Both the position numbers and the translations under genes were made by a program. A stretch of 62,693 nucleotides of DNA, counting the filler, from Folioceros fuciformis (Eukaryota): the NCBI GenBank assembly GCA_049999805.1. It is 4 parts of 3 records of this genome, joined end to end, with 100 filler letters (N's around TTAATTAATTAA, not from the genome) between each part and the next. Parts side by side here need not be neighbours in the genome. Positions count along the whole stretch, not along the records: positions 1 to 18,814 come from JBNGIO010006289.1; 3 more parts are not named here. One strand, written 5' to 3'. This document shows positions 1 to 12,256 of this stretch, one piece after another (positions within the stretch are counted from its first letter, which is position 1; the number at the start of each line of letters is the position of its first letter). A model generated the notes under the pieces. It did no database searches. It was not told where the DNA came from and saw only the letters and a program-made list of their open reading frames with translations.

Positions 1-198
1 AAACCTATACCCACTCTAATAGCCAAACCAATTACTTACTTGTTAATTAGCCTAATTAGCACCAGGAAAAATAGGAAAAATGACCAAAAAAATAAAGAAA
101 AATTAAGAAAATTAAGTAGAAAAAGAAAACCAAACCATACTACTATTAGCCATTTTTCCATCAAGCCAAACCACTACCCCAAACTTTGGAGGTTCACA
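1..198 (-). mobile_element. LTR-like fragment, running off the window start
   Basis: Minus strand starts TGTGAACCTCCAAAGTTTGGGGTAGTGG at 198. It is a diverged inverted copy of the sequence starting TGTAAACCTCCAAAGTTTGGGGTAGTGG at 2433. Confidence 0.6.
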
Positions 199-1112
199 AC
201 ATGGTACACAATTGCACTATTGTGGCACTAGATTGGGTGCAGCGTGCTTGCTATCAGCTTTGCGGTGTGGACTCACAGACACTAAACTTGGCATTCACAG
301 CCAGGGGCCATCTTGCAAACTCTCGTCGGCGGGGTACCTGGTGGTAACATCCATCAAGCCACCTCAAGCAACCTACGCTTTCCCACCCCACCACCAGAGG
401 TAGTCGCCTCGCTCACATCCGCTCACATTAGGTTGTGTAGGGTGAAGAGGAACACATGTGTCCTGCTTGCAATTAGTGCATGGCCCCGTCGCTACACCAC
501 ATTGTGATAAGTGTGGATGATGAGGTCGCAGGCCTTGAGGATGAGGAAGAGAACCTCCTCGGTCAACGAGAAGTCCACATTGTAGAGGAAGTGCTCCATC
601 CTATTGCACACCAATGGTAGTGTCCGGTGGCCTACTTAGAAACTTTGGTAATCCACATCCCTCTGCATGATGCTCGATGCACCCATTGAGTGGGCAAGAA
701 CAGCGACAACCTAGCAAAGCACTATCCTAGGGCCAGTCCACAAGCATAGTTGCCGCGGATCCTAGATCGGCCCTACAATTCTCTCCACTACCTTCCAAGC
801 CCACTTTGTGAAGGATCGCTAAAAGAGCATGGTGAAGGAGAGGAGAGGAGGAGGCAAGGAGGAGAGGAGAAAGAGAGGTCACACTCTCACAATAGAGTCT
901 CTCAATAGCAAGGGAGCTCAAGGGGATATTTATAACCTCTAGAAGAGGTCCCTAGGAAGCTTCACAAGAAGCGCACAGGAAGCTGCGCAAGAAGCTTCCT
1001 ATAGATTAGCTTAAGCTAATCTAAACTAATGGTACTTAACTAGACACTAATATTAGACTAAACATATTAGTCTAAGCACATTGGGCTTTAATAACCCTAC
1101 AACCTCCCCCTT
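199..1112 (-). mobile_element. Copia polypurine tract and 3' LTR (left boundary uncertain)
   Basis: PPT AAGGGGGAGG (1112-1103) is followed by TGTAGGGTTATT at 1101, just after the RNase H end. 826-1101 recurs inverted at 3716-3985. Confidence 0.7.
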
Positions 1113-1143
1113 AAAGGCCAATTTACCTTCATAGGAGAGCGGT

Positions 1144-2270
1144 CTACCTCATGCCCATGAGTGTCCGAGCTTGTGCGAATTGCTCCGAACGTAGCCCCAT
1201 GGTAAGAACGTCTGCAAGGTTCTAACTGGTGTGAACTTTGACAAGTTGTACCCTCTTGTCTTCCAACACCTCTCGAATGAAGGGATACTTCACTTCCACA
1301 TGTTTGGTCTTCGCATGAAACAATGGATTCTTCGCCAATTGGATAGCACTCTGGCTATCATAATGCAACACTGGCAGCTCAACCTTGATCCCCAAATCTC
1401 CTACTAGACGAGCAAGCCACATGGCTTCCTTGCATGCCTTAGTCGCTGCAACATACTCGGCCTCTGTGGTAGATAGCGTTATGCACGATTGCAAACGAGA
1501 TTGCCATGAGACTGCTCCTCCAGTGCACATGAAGACATAACCTAATGTGGACCTCCTTTTGTCCATATCCCCTGCATAATTAGCATCCGTATATCCCACG
1601 ACAGATGCATCTTCACTACCAAAACATATGCACAAAGCTTTTGTACCATTTAAGTACCTCATAACTCCTTTCTCTGCCTCCCAATGCTTCCTGCCAGGGT
1701 TTGACATAACTTGCTAACCACTCCCACTGCAAACGCAATGTCAGGACGCGTAGCAATCATTGCATACATCAAACTCCCCACAGCTGATGAGTATGGAACC
1801 TTGTCCATTTTAGCTTTATCCTCCGCAGAACTTGGACAATCCTTGCTTGAAAGTTTCACATATGGAGGCATCAGAGTACTCAATACCTTCCCCTTCTCCA
1901 TATTGAAACGTTGAAGCACCTTGTTAATGTACTCAGTCTGGGACAAGTAAAGCAAACACTTCTGTCTGTCTCGATAAATACGCATGCCAAGAATATGGCT
2001 TGCCTCTCCCAAGTCTAACATGTCAAAGCGAGCATTCAACTTTGACTTCAACGCTGAAATCTCATCACTGTTAGTCCCAGCAATTAGCATATCATCCACA
2101 TAGAGGACCAAAATGAGCAAGCTTCCATCCTTAGCTTGCTTCGTATAGAGGCAATGATCCTCATCGCTACGTTTGTGGCCCTGAGAAAGCATAAATGAGT
2201 GCAACTTGAAATACCACTCCCTAGGTGCCTGCTTCAAACCATGAAGGCTTTTCTTTAACCTACACTTTGT
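1144..2270 (-). mobile_element. Ty1/Copia RT-RNase H remnant
   Basis: Motifs CRLKKSLHGLKQAPREW, LYVDDML, TRPDIAFAV, TEAEY and KHVEVKY. There is a frameshift near 1707 and an in-frame TAG at 1222 just before NLADVLT. Confidence 0.95.
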
Positions 2271-2432
2271 ATCCCATACCATTCCCATCTTCAGCAATAT
2301 CTCCATGGCCTGCCATAGTGGGCCACTCGTGGGTTGCCACATCACCGTGCCAATGCCATGGATGCCAAACAATGGTTCCTTCTTCATCACAAGAAAGTCC
2401 CACACAATTACATCTATTTGCTGTTGGCAATC

Positions 2433-2990
2433 TGTAAACCTCCAAAGTTTGGGGTAGTGGTTTGTTTTGGTTAAAAAAGGGTTAATAGTGGTTTTTCTTG
2501 GTTTGGTTTTCTTTACCCCCTTATTTTCCCTAATTTTTCTCTATTTTATGGTTATTTTCTTATTTTTCCTTATGCTAATTAGGTTAATTAACAAGTAAAT
2601 AATTGGTTTGGTTATTAGAGTGGTACTGGACCATAGGGTCAAGGAAGGTTTGAATTTAGGTTTGGTCTTTTTGGCTTGGTAATAATATTAATTTAAGTTA
2701 TTTAGTATTGAATAATTAAATAAAGAACTAATTAAATAAAATATTCCCCATATTCCCACCTAGTAGTGGGAATATGGGGATGGCAGGGATAAGTGTGGAT
2801 GCTAAAGGTCGAACCCTTTGGCAAAGAGTTGCCCAAGGTTTTGCCACCACATTTTTGGCATCGTTGCTAGGGAGTGATTTGGGAGTTTCCTTTCCTATTT
2901 GGATGGAGAGTCTAAGTGGTCTGGTGGAAGAGGTGATCACAAAATTGGTAATGGGAGAGCAACTATAACCCCTTCACCAAGGGATTTACG
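2433..2990 (+). mobile_element. LTR-like sequence of the same family as 1-198 (right boundary uncertain)
   Basis: TG start; 2433-2622 matches the reverse complement of 11-198. Contains a perfect 15-bp hairpin at 2745-2780. Confidence 0.55.
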
Positions 2991-3162
2991 TGCAATAAGA
3001 GGAATTTGCTAAGAGATGAGAGTGGCAGTGATGATCCCATCACTCTTCATTCTTGGCCTTTCATAAACTTGATGAATACTCTTATTGTCTAGCATCAAGG
3101 GTCAATCATTGCGTTTCGGTCTAGAAGGGTTGCCAACTGCTCTTCCATTTGCTGCAAGTTCT

Positions 3163-3592
3163 TGTAACATTCTATCACCAATTCCTAGTGTGAAAAAGCC
3201 TAGTGGTGTCCATAAATCCACTACAGTTAGATGTTGTCTTCTCTGGCCAGAGGACGAAACTCTAGAAGGTCGTCAGGACTCAGTTGTCCTCCAAAACAAG
3301 CAAACATCGAAACTAGAATAGTCAGGCTGCTCCCTTCTCAACCTCTCGTACGGTTCTTGTCACTCTGCCTGTGCACATCGTTTTGGTGGTCCTCGCCATC
3401 TTTTATATATAGGCTGCTAATGATTTCGCAAAACACAAAAGCCAAAGGAGTCCACCTCCTCCACACACACCGAGAAACCAGTCCATAAGCACTCCTTGGC
3501 CTTCAAAACCTCCACCTAGAATATAAAGGATCAGTCCTTCAAGAAAGACCAAAAACTCTTCTCCCAACAAATTCTCAACACTTTGCATAACA
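3163..3592 (-). mobile_element. Possible solo-LTR-like remnant
   Basis: TGTTATGC...GTTACA termini and an internal TATATATAAAAG on the minus strand. No target-site duplication found. Confidence 0.3.
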
Positions 3593-3715
3593 ACATTGTC
3601 TCAACAAGAATTGGCATAGGCAAGACAATCATTCAAAGTGTGAGAGTGAGCGGAAGTTGAGGGTGAGTCTACCCTGTAATTACACCTGCCACGAATTGAC
3701 CATGCATGTGTCTCG

Positions 3716-3985
3716 TGTAGAGTTATTAAAGCCCAATGTGCTTAGACTAATGTGTTTAGTCTAAGATTAGTGTCTAATTAAGTATCATTAGTTTAGATTA
3801 GCTTAAGCTAATATGTAGAAAGCTTCTTGTGCAGCTTCCTGTGCGCTTCTTGTGAAGCTTCCTAAGGAGCTCTTCTAGAGGGTATAAATACCCCCTTGAG
3901 CTCCCTTGCATATTGAGACTCTGTGTGAGAGTGTGACCTCTCTTTCTCCTCTCGTCCTTGCCTCCTCCTCTCCTCCTTTACCATG
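3716..3985 (+). mobile_element. Truncated second copy of the Copia LTR
   Basis: Starts TGTAGAGTTATTAAAGCCCAATGTGCTTAGAC and aligns by eye with the reverse complement of 826-1101. Confidence 0.8.
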
Positions 3986-4370
3986 TAGCTCTTGGAGAGA
4001 TCCTTCATCTCCCACCTCCTTCCATCGCTATGCAAGTTTACATGTGTCCAAAATCTTTTCTCAATTTGGCCTAAGTTCACGGTCACCCTTTGTTCCCTGA
4101 CCTACCTGTCACGTAGATTTATTATTTGTGGAAAACTTAATTGATACATGACGCTTGGCGTTTTGTTAGACTAAGGATTTATTTTCTTACTGACATGGAG
4201 AACTATCAAAACAACATTATAAACACCTACAAACCTATACCGGTCGTAGGTCGAGCCTACAAACCATACTAACGGCTCTCTTCACAATTCCACTCCTCTT
4301 AACACAAATAAAGAAGTGAAATATGGTCAAGCAAGGTTGACATCTTAGAGCTACTATACGCGTAGGTATG

Positions 4371-4502
4371 GTTGACTCGTAAGCCGAACAACAAAGACCG
4401 AGGAAAACCAAACTAGACTCAAAAGGTTGACTCGTAAGCCGAACAANNNNNNNNNNAAGCCGAACAACAAAGACCGAGGGAAAACCAAACTAGACTCAAA
4501 AG
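4371..4502. repeat. ~56-bp tandem repeat collapsed at a 10-N gap
   Basis: Unit GTTGACTCGTAAGCCGAACAACAAAGACCGAGGAAAACCAAACTAGACTCAAAAAG starts at 4371 and 4427 and resumes after the gap. Confidence 0.85.
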
Positions 4503-5446
4503 GCACAAAGACAAGAAAGGTAAGCAAAACCAAACCACTTGTTGGGGGACAGAAAAAAAAGAAGAAGATGTGAACCATGCACTACAATACTCTTGGTCTC
4601 TTCTGTAAATGAGGGCTAAGTTGAGGGCTGGGTTGTGTTCTTTATTCATAACACTTACATAACACTTACACCACATACTCAAGCATTCTACACCCAATTG
4701 GCTTTTGCCCTTGACTCTTGATTACAACCTTGCTCACCAAGCTTTCCCTACACTAGGCTCACAACTTAATCTCCTACTCAAGGAATGAGTGTTCCCTACC
4801 AAGCCTACCCTTATACCTTATATATCTAGCACGAAACAACTCCTTCATAAGTGCTACCTGAAACATACAACATATACATCTTCAACAAGGCAACATGAAG
4901 CATGACACATGCATCTTTAGGGGGGTAGAATGAAGCATGCAACAAATGCATCTTTAGGGCGCAGCATGAAGCATACAACACATGCATCTTTATCGGGGCA
5001 ACATAAAGCATCTTCATGTAGGCAACATGTTCAACATCTTCTTCTAAGCAACATGAAACATACAATACATACTTTATCCGTATAGCATAATCACAACTTA
5101 TCTAACTTTCAGCCTATTTTATTTTTTACCTAATTTTATTCAAGGACTTAGTTTACATATAATCTAATTACTATTTATTAAAATTTTAATTATGAATAAT
5201 AATAGATAATAAAAAGTAATTTATATATATTTTTCTTACTTCGCCTACTTAGCTTGCCCTTGCACTCTAAAAAAATGGATACCAAATCCATTAGACAGCA
5301 GGTGCTAAAAGCTATGACGACTCGTTAGACATGCCCTCCTCTCAAGTAGAAGTTTTACTTAGTAGCCTTGTCTTCCTACTGGAGCACGTGTGCTTGGATC
5401 GTGGTGAGAAACGAATTAGCCATCGGGTGCATTAAAGGTGGCGGCT

Positions 5447-6561
5447 ATGAAGGGGAAACGGATTGTGTCCCAGGCCCCCGGCCCAATTTATGATAGCCGG
5501 TGCCGAGATCAACAGTACCGCGTAACCTTTCATGATGGTGGCAATTGCCTGGCGACTGCGGGATGCGATGAGTGTTAGGACATCCATAAGGCACAACCAA
5601 CCGTCTGTACCGACGCCGCCGACCGCGTGAATGAGTCCAAGGAGCGCCAGGATGGTACCCGGGCCGTTCCGCACGTTGTCAAGAGACGCAGCCGCAGCCG
5701 CGGCCGGCCTTGCCGCAGTCCGAACAGCCATTTTGACGCCGCGTATCACAGCAGAGGCGGGGATACAGGCGACATGGGGGGAGCATCGGGTGGCGATGGC
5801 GCCGGCAGCTTCCTCCGCCGCACCGGGCCTTACAGTCGATCGCGTGACGGAGCCTTTCCAGCGGCCTCCAAGACGGGCGAGGAGCGCAGCTGCCTTCATT
5901 CCTTGTGTTATGGTCTCGCGGTTGTGTTCGTGATCGGAACTGTGGCGGGCGGAATAGCGGCAGTCGTGTTTTGGCTTGTCTTTCGGCCTAAAGTTCCGGA
6001 TTTTATCTTGCAAGATGTGCAAGTACACAGTGTGGAAGTGGATCCAGTGCTCCCTGGCTACAGCAGCTTCAAAGTACATCTCTCCATGAATACCACGTTT
6101 GTGCTGGCCGTGAGCAATCGTAACAAGGTTGTTATCCGGTTTGATCCAGTTTCGCTCGGCGTCCTGTACAAGGATCTTCTCTTAGGCGTTGCGGTCATCC
6201 CTGCTTTCCAACTGTCCGCCAGGCGGAGCACCACAGTCCGCTCCCAGTTTGTGCTAGAGAGCCTCAACGTTATTCAAGCTGGTGCGCTTGATATGCTAGG
6301 AGATACTTTGGATGACCGTATTCCTCTGAACATTATAGGCGACGTCCGAGCTCGACTTCGCATTCTTGGCCTCGTAACACCACACATGAAGGTAACAGGG
6401 AGGCTCGACTCTCTGTGATATTTTTTCTCTGGTGCTACAAATTGCTTCTGTTGCCAACAGGTTCTGACGTATGGCGACTTCGCGTGCAGGTGCAAGTCCG
6501 CTGCGTAATCGTCTTGAGACCTCACGAGATGACAATGGACAGCAAGGACTGTGCAACGTAG
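5447..6561 (+). CDS. LEA_2 / NDR1-HIN1-like (NHL) membrane protein
   Basis: Cys-preceded TM helix, then WLVFRPKVPDF, VSNRNKVVIRF and IPAFQLSARRSTTV. Intron 6392-6489; last exon VQVRCVIVLRPHEMTMDSKDCAT* ends 6561. Start is ATG 5447 with a 57-nt intron (5522-5578), or ATG 5774. Confidence 0.85.
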
Positions 6562-7141
6562 TCAGGCCCCGTCGTTTCTCTCCAGAATCCCCAGAACCAG
6601 GCCCACTCTCATATGTCAAAGGCACGTAGACTGTACCAGTTGGCCAGGTAGTTAGGCTAAGTTTGGCACACATTTGTTCGGATGAGGTGCTTAAAAGGGA
6701 AGATGCCCTTTAACCTTAGTGGACTCTAATGAAATTTTAAATTGAATTTTTCATGATGAAAGTGCATCTTTAGTAGACTCTAGTAGAATTATGATAGAAT
6801 TTTGAGTAGGATGGGATAGCGCATTAAATTAGACAGTACTATTTATAGAAGGTGAGCTTGGGCTTGATCATAAGGTTTGATTGGGTGAGTAGCATATAAG
6901 AAGGGAGAGGTGAGCTTGGTGGTTTAAAAGGGTGAGTAGCATATAGGATGGAAGAGGTGGGCTTGTTGATGATAAGGTTCAAAAGGGTGATAGGAGAGGG
7001 TGCCTAGAGTTATAAAGGCCCTCCAATTATACAAAGAGGGCTGCCTCTATTGTCCATAGGGATTTCAAGTAATGGACCGGGCCTCACTTCCTTTTCTATG
7101 CAAGAGCTTCTTAGCGGGTAATATCGCAATCATTGTTCAAG

Positions 7142-7248
7142 CACTTGAAAGCCAAGTTGCCTTGTCCAAACACTCTACAGCCAAGTTGCCCTTGTCCATA
7201 CACTTGAGAGCCAAGTTGCCTTGTCCAAACACTTGAGAGCCAAGTTGC
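7142..7248. repeat. 29-30-bp tandem repeat, ~3.6 copies
   Basis: CACTTGAGAGCCAAGTTGCCTTGTCCAAA units at 7142, 7171, 7201 and 7230. Confidence 0.85.
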
Positions 7249-7531
7249 TAAGACTAAGGATGTGCTGAGAGAACCCACATTTGCTAAGAATGTACTCCGG
7301 AAGCGTAGAAGAGCGTGGGTGAGACCTAAGCATTTGAGAGCCATGGATGTGCTTATTTGTCAAGTTGCTAAGGATGGGCTAGCCCTTCCGCCTACACACC
7401 TCCCTCAACGCCTCTAGGCCTCCACATCTCCCTACCTTTAGGCCTCCATACCTCCCTCAAGGCCTCTAGCCCTTTCACATATACGCCCTCTAGGCCTCCA
7501 TATCTTCAAGCCTCCATACATCAACCTCCAC

Positions 7532-7668
7532 ACCTCAAGGCCTCTCATCTCACCTCCATACCTCAAGGCCTCTCATCTNNNNNNNNNNACCTCAAGGCCT
7601 CTCATCTCACCTCCATACCTCAAGGCCTCTCATCTCACCTCCATACCTCAAGGGCCTCTCATCTCACC
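7532..7668. repeat. 28-bp tandem repeat spanning a 10-N gap, probably within a TE remnant (~6700-7717)
   Basis: ACCTCAAGGCCTCTCATCTCACCTCCAT repeated, with degenerate copies back to ~7400. Confidence 0.85.
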
Positions 7669-7992
7669 GAAGTCCAAGTTCAAAGGCCTCTTCACCTTTC
7701 CAAAGTCAAGGTTCACAGGTGAGCCACTGGGGACTGTGCACGTATTAGAAGACCTACTTAACAACACACCGCAAGTCGATGTGAGAAATTTCAAGCGTTG
7801 CGTTCTATGATACATTCAGAAGTTTTCAAGGAACTCGGTCGCAGGAGCCGTGTACGGAAGCGCCTATCGTAAGAGAGACCAAAATCGGATAGCTGCACCC
7901 TACCACAGCTTTGGAAAAGGTGCCTATACCTGAACCGCGTCTACGCATAGTAGCCAGTTCTTTGGAAGCACTGCCGTTCAGGTTCACCCCGT

Positions 7993-10565
7993 TCACCTCA
8001 CGCTAACAATATCGTCGATTTTCATAATCATTCGGACACACTCCGTGGCGAGAGACATGGCACTGGTGCTCACTAACAGTGGTTGAACCACGTTCTCTTC
8101 TAGGATATTTGTAATTTGCCCCTTTCTGACATTGATTCCCGTGTTGACCTGCAACGTATCGTCAAACACGCATTTTCAGCCCAACTTGTCCGGTCAGCGT
8201 CCGGACATAGCAAGCAACTTAAATAGGCGAACATAATGGGGACCCCACCTCGCCATTGGCATGCCGGTTACGAAGCTCCGTCACAATGCTGATAGGGTTA
8301 AGGCCTGCATTTTCTGCTAGTGTATAGGGGATCACCTGTGCAATGTATCAACCAGCCCGGTTAGCAGAAACGCTCAGGACAGAATGCAACAATCGGGTCT
8401 GTGCTGCATCCTTACCTCCATTGCTTCAGCATACGCCCGCACACAGTAACTCTCCATTCCCTGCAACGTCTTTGCCCAAGCACCCAGCTGCCGAGACACT
8501 TCGATCTCCGGAGCACCTCCTCCAGCAATCAGAAATCGTTTCAACACTAGACATCTTACCACACAGAGCGCATCATGCAAGCTGCGCTCAGCTTCATCCA
8601 GTACCTACAGTGGCGATAAAAAACCAAGGCAATGCCTTGCATTAGACTGCGCCGGAGTGAACTTCAGCAGTTCATTCTATGGACAACCAAACTAACCAGC
8701 TGGTTGGAACCCCGGATCAGCACACTGGTAGTCCTTCCCATGTTTTTGATCCCTGTTACCTTAACGATCTGAGGAAACATGCGGACAAGCCATCAGACCA
8801 GACGGTCCATCAAAGATAAACAGAAACATCTGACAGAGGCGAGCATCTTGTTGAGCTTACCCTGCCAGCACCAACAGTAACTTCTTCAACCAAATCTGCC
8901 TGCCCAAGCTTTTCCGCGCGGAAATGCTCAATGTTGGAAATAGGCAAGCAGTTTAATGTTTTGCTTACGAACTCAATGTCATCCCGCTCGACATCCTTCA
9001 CTACCAGAATTTTAGCCTTTGCAAGGTAGTGCAGAGACAGATCAGTGACGGCATCTCTCAAGATACTCTTCTGAATCAACAGGACGTTACACCCTGTTGC
9101 CTTTATCTTTTTGATCATGCCCAAAATGAGGTTGCGCTCCTCTTTAAGTATTCTATCCATCTGCAAGAATGCAAGTAGTGAGGATAAAATTAAGCAACCA
9201 TAGTGTTTCAATTGAAGAAGTCATGTCGCACCACGCTGACACAGAGAACGCAGGGCAGCCATCAAACCTGCGTGTAGTCAGAAACAACGATGTTCTGCTC
9301 GATATCTGTCTTAGGTGGAGATATTTGAAATTGTATCAGCCCAATTTTCGCATTTTCAATGCGGGTGGGCCCTCCAGCTGCATGACTCGCCTTCTTATCA
9401 AAAATGAGGCCTTTAATAATCTCAGTGTTGTCAACCTACAGGCACAATGAATGTCTGAGACCTTCAAACCATCATGAAATGCAAGATCCACAGAGATAGA
9501 ACCGGAGAGAAAGTCATACCGTGCCACCAAGCTTTGTCAAGACTTTCACATCTCGCAAATCCACACTGTCAGGGTGCACAGGGTCAATGATATTCAAGAC
9601 TGCATCCACTGCCAGAGGCGCCAAAAGAGATGAATACTGACTGACAACCTGACAGCACCACGATGGAGTTAGGAGCAAAACCCAGCAGTAAGCTTCAACT
9701 AACAACCAACACATGAGAACCTTGCTGTTTAAAGAGGTGCTTGCACTCTTCACAAGAGCTTCCCGATCTGACAACTCCACTGGATTGGCCATTGCTGTGA
9801 GCACCTGAAGAGCTAGGAGTATGAGTAAAGTCTGAAAGAGTTTAAAGGCGTCTGCAATGGAGTAATGCAACATGGAAGAAGCTAAACCTCAACAGCTTTC
9901 TCAGATGCCTTGTGAAAGGCTTCTGAAATAATGGTAGGATGTACTCCCTTCCCTAAAAGAGTCAAGCACTGCTTCAGCAACGCCCCAGCTATCACTACCA
10001 CTGCACACGATCCAAAGTCCCAGCCGGTTGACTTGAGAACGAAGCGATACAACCGATAGGTAGCAAAATACACCAACAAGCACACAATCCCTAACCTAAT
10101 TCACCAATTCTCCTACGGACAACAAAAGGGCTGTGGACTAGCAAGATCCGACAGGTACCAGTGGTCGTGCCATCCCCAGCAACAATGTCTTGCGACTTGG
10201 ACAGTTCTACCAGAAACTTTGCCGCCGGTTGCAATACGTTCATCTGCGTATACTTGCAAGGGTCAGCTGCACACCCACGCACCAATGCCAAAAGCTGCTC
10301 GAAGACACCGACAGAGTAAAAGGCACCAGACCTTATTCAAAATCGTAGCCCCGTCGTTCGTGATGATCACCTCCCCATTGGCTGTGGCCAGCATCTTGTC
10401 CATCCCACGAGGGCCAAGACTAGTCCTCACGGCATCTGCCACAGCCTTGGCAGCTGTAATATTGGCCTGCCTGATGTCATCCTTGCGCTTGTTATCCACG
10501 TATTTCTCGTTCTTGGCAGCCCTCGATCCGGTTGTAGGAACCACTGCCACCGGCGCTCCCGGCAT
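7993..10565 (-). CDS. CCT4: T-complex protein 1 subunit delta (cytosolic chaperonin CCT4), 11 exons
   Basis: Motifs [54 protein letters not shown] and [10 protein letters not shown]. All 10 introns are GT-AG and keep the frame. Confidence 0.97.
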
Positions 10566-10905
10566 TTTCACAGATCGTCTGGCCTTGCGGACGTGCAAGC
10601 GTCACTAAGCGCAAGCAGCAATCGACCTCTCACACTGCGTCCTCTCTTCACAGCCTTCCCGCGCATTTAGCAATGAGTACCTTAACCCTAAACTCCTAAC
10701 GAGTTGTCGTTGGACTGCGAGTCGCAATTGCTGTGATTTTCCGAGAAAAAAAACTCTGCCATTTGTCGTTTCACGTCCACTTCAAGCTAGCTGCATGTGT
10801 TGCAGATATGCCGGAGAAGGTTGAGAGGATTCGCAGTGCTAGGACCGACCCACAGGAAGGAACGGTTCGCAGAGGCCGCAGGAGCAGCATCAGGCAGTAG
10901 CGAGG

Positions 10906-12249
10906 ATGAGCGGGCTGGTTTGTGCAGCCTGTGGAGTGCAATGGGCTCGCCTGGGAGCCGATGAGGCTTCCGTGAGCAGATCAGGCACGTCGCAAAGTAG
11001 GAAGGTGCAATGCGTGCGGAAAGGAAATGAAGGTTTTGATCAGTGGAGGCCTCCAATCCCGACCAGGTCTGATAAGAAGAGCCTACTTGTGAATGAGAAT
11101 GGCAACTCCATCTCAAATCCCGTTCGGCTGCCGGGGAGATCATTGCCTGGGAAGCAAGCCATCTCGCCGCCAGGGTTGGGCCAGTTTCGTCCACCCTACC
11201 TGCCAGGCTCCAGTCCTCCACCTCCCGTCAGCGGAGCTGAAGAGGAGGAGACGGAGAGGAGGAGAAGTTCACTGGTGGAGCAGGTGAGGGAGAGAATGGG
11301 GACATGGCAGGAGAGGGCTCAAGCCATTGTACAGCTGCAAAAATCAGGTGTCACCGCCGAGGAGCTGTATGATTCCACATTTGTTCCGACGGTTGCTCAA
11401 ACTTGTATGGTGGTAGCTGCACAAGTGAGTTCACGGTTGCTGGAGCCTTCAGGTGCACATTCTGGAAAGCGTGAAAAGACAGAGCTTTGCATGATGCGCA
11501 TTTTAGTTAGTGGTCTGTCGAAGGAAGCATTGGTGTTCATGCATGGTGTCAGCTATTGCTTGCGAATGACAAGGTCACTCATCACGCCAGCCGGCTCGTC
11601 TAATACTGTTGTGTGTCCTGATGACCGAACTGCACGCCTGCCCCTGGATGTGCTTACCAACCATTCTTGTAATATACAGGTCTATGATTCTCTGGTTTCA
11701 TCTCAGAGTGCCGAGGACATTCTGAACAGGTTCGATGAGGACAAAATCGACATATTGTATGCTCTAAGGATTCTGTCTGCCCGGCAGCGAAAGGTTGAGC
11801 TCAACCTACCAACCAACCAAGGGTCGAGTACCGTAGGTTATGTAAGCGCCTAACCTTGCTCGGCGATGCAGGCAGCTGCAGAGTTCGTGATTCAGCGAGA
11901 CCTAGATGTACCTGGAGCTCAAGAATTAGCTCGTGCAATCAAAGAGCACGAACGGAGACCCCTTGGCCGTGAGGTTTGTGAGCTCAACTGTTAACTATGG
12001 TGGAAGGTTAAGAATGGTTTGAAGGTTGCTTAGGGACACCATCTGAGGCGATCGACCCGTACATGCTTTCAGGGTTTCACCACAGCGCCTGGAGACTGCC
12101 TCGCTTTCATGCTGCACAATGCAGCCACTGAGACCAAAGACGCGGCTCTCAAGAAAGGGTTTGTTGAACGAGCTCTCGGGGTGGTATCGTCCGACACTGC
12201 CAGGGCCCGGTTTGACGCCTTGATCAGCGAAAGCCCTGTGGAAGTGTAG
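10906..12249 (+). CDS. Rubisco accumulation factor 1-like protein, N-terminal HTH + alpha-helical region only (~303 aa, 4 exons)
   Basis: Exons 10906-11424, 11680-11793, 11872-11973 and 12073-12249. Raf1 motifs QFRPP, RMGTW, VAAQVYDSL, LYALRILSARQRKAAA, AQELARAIK and PGDCLAF. Transit-peptide-like N-terminus. Confidence 0.88.
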
Positions 12250-12256
12250 TACGAAG

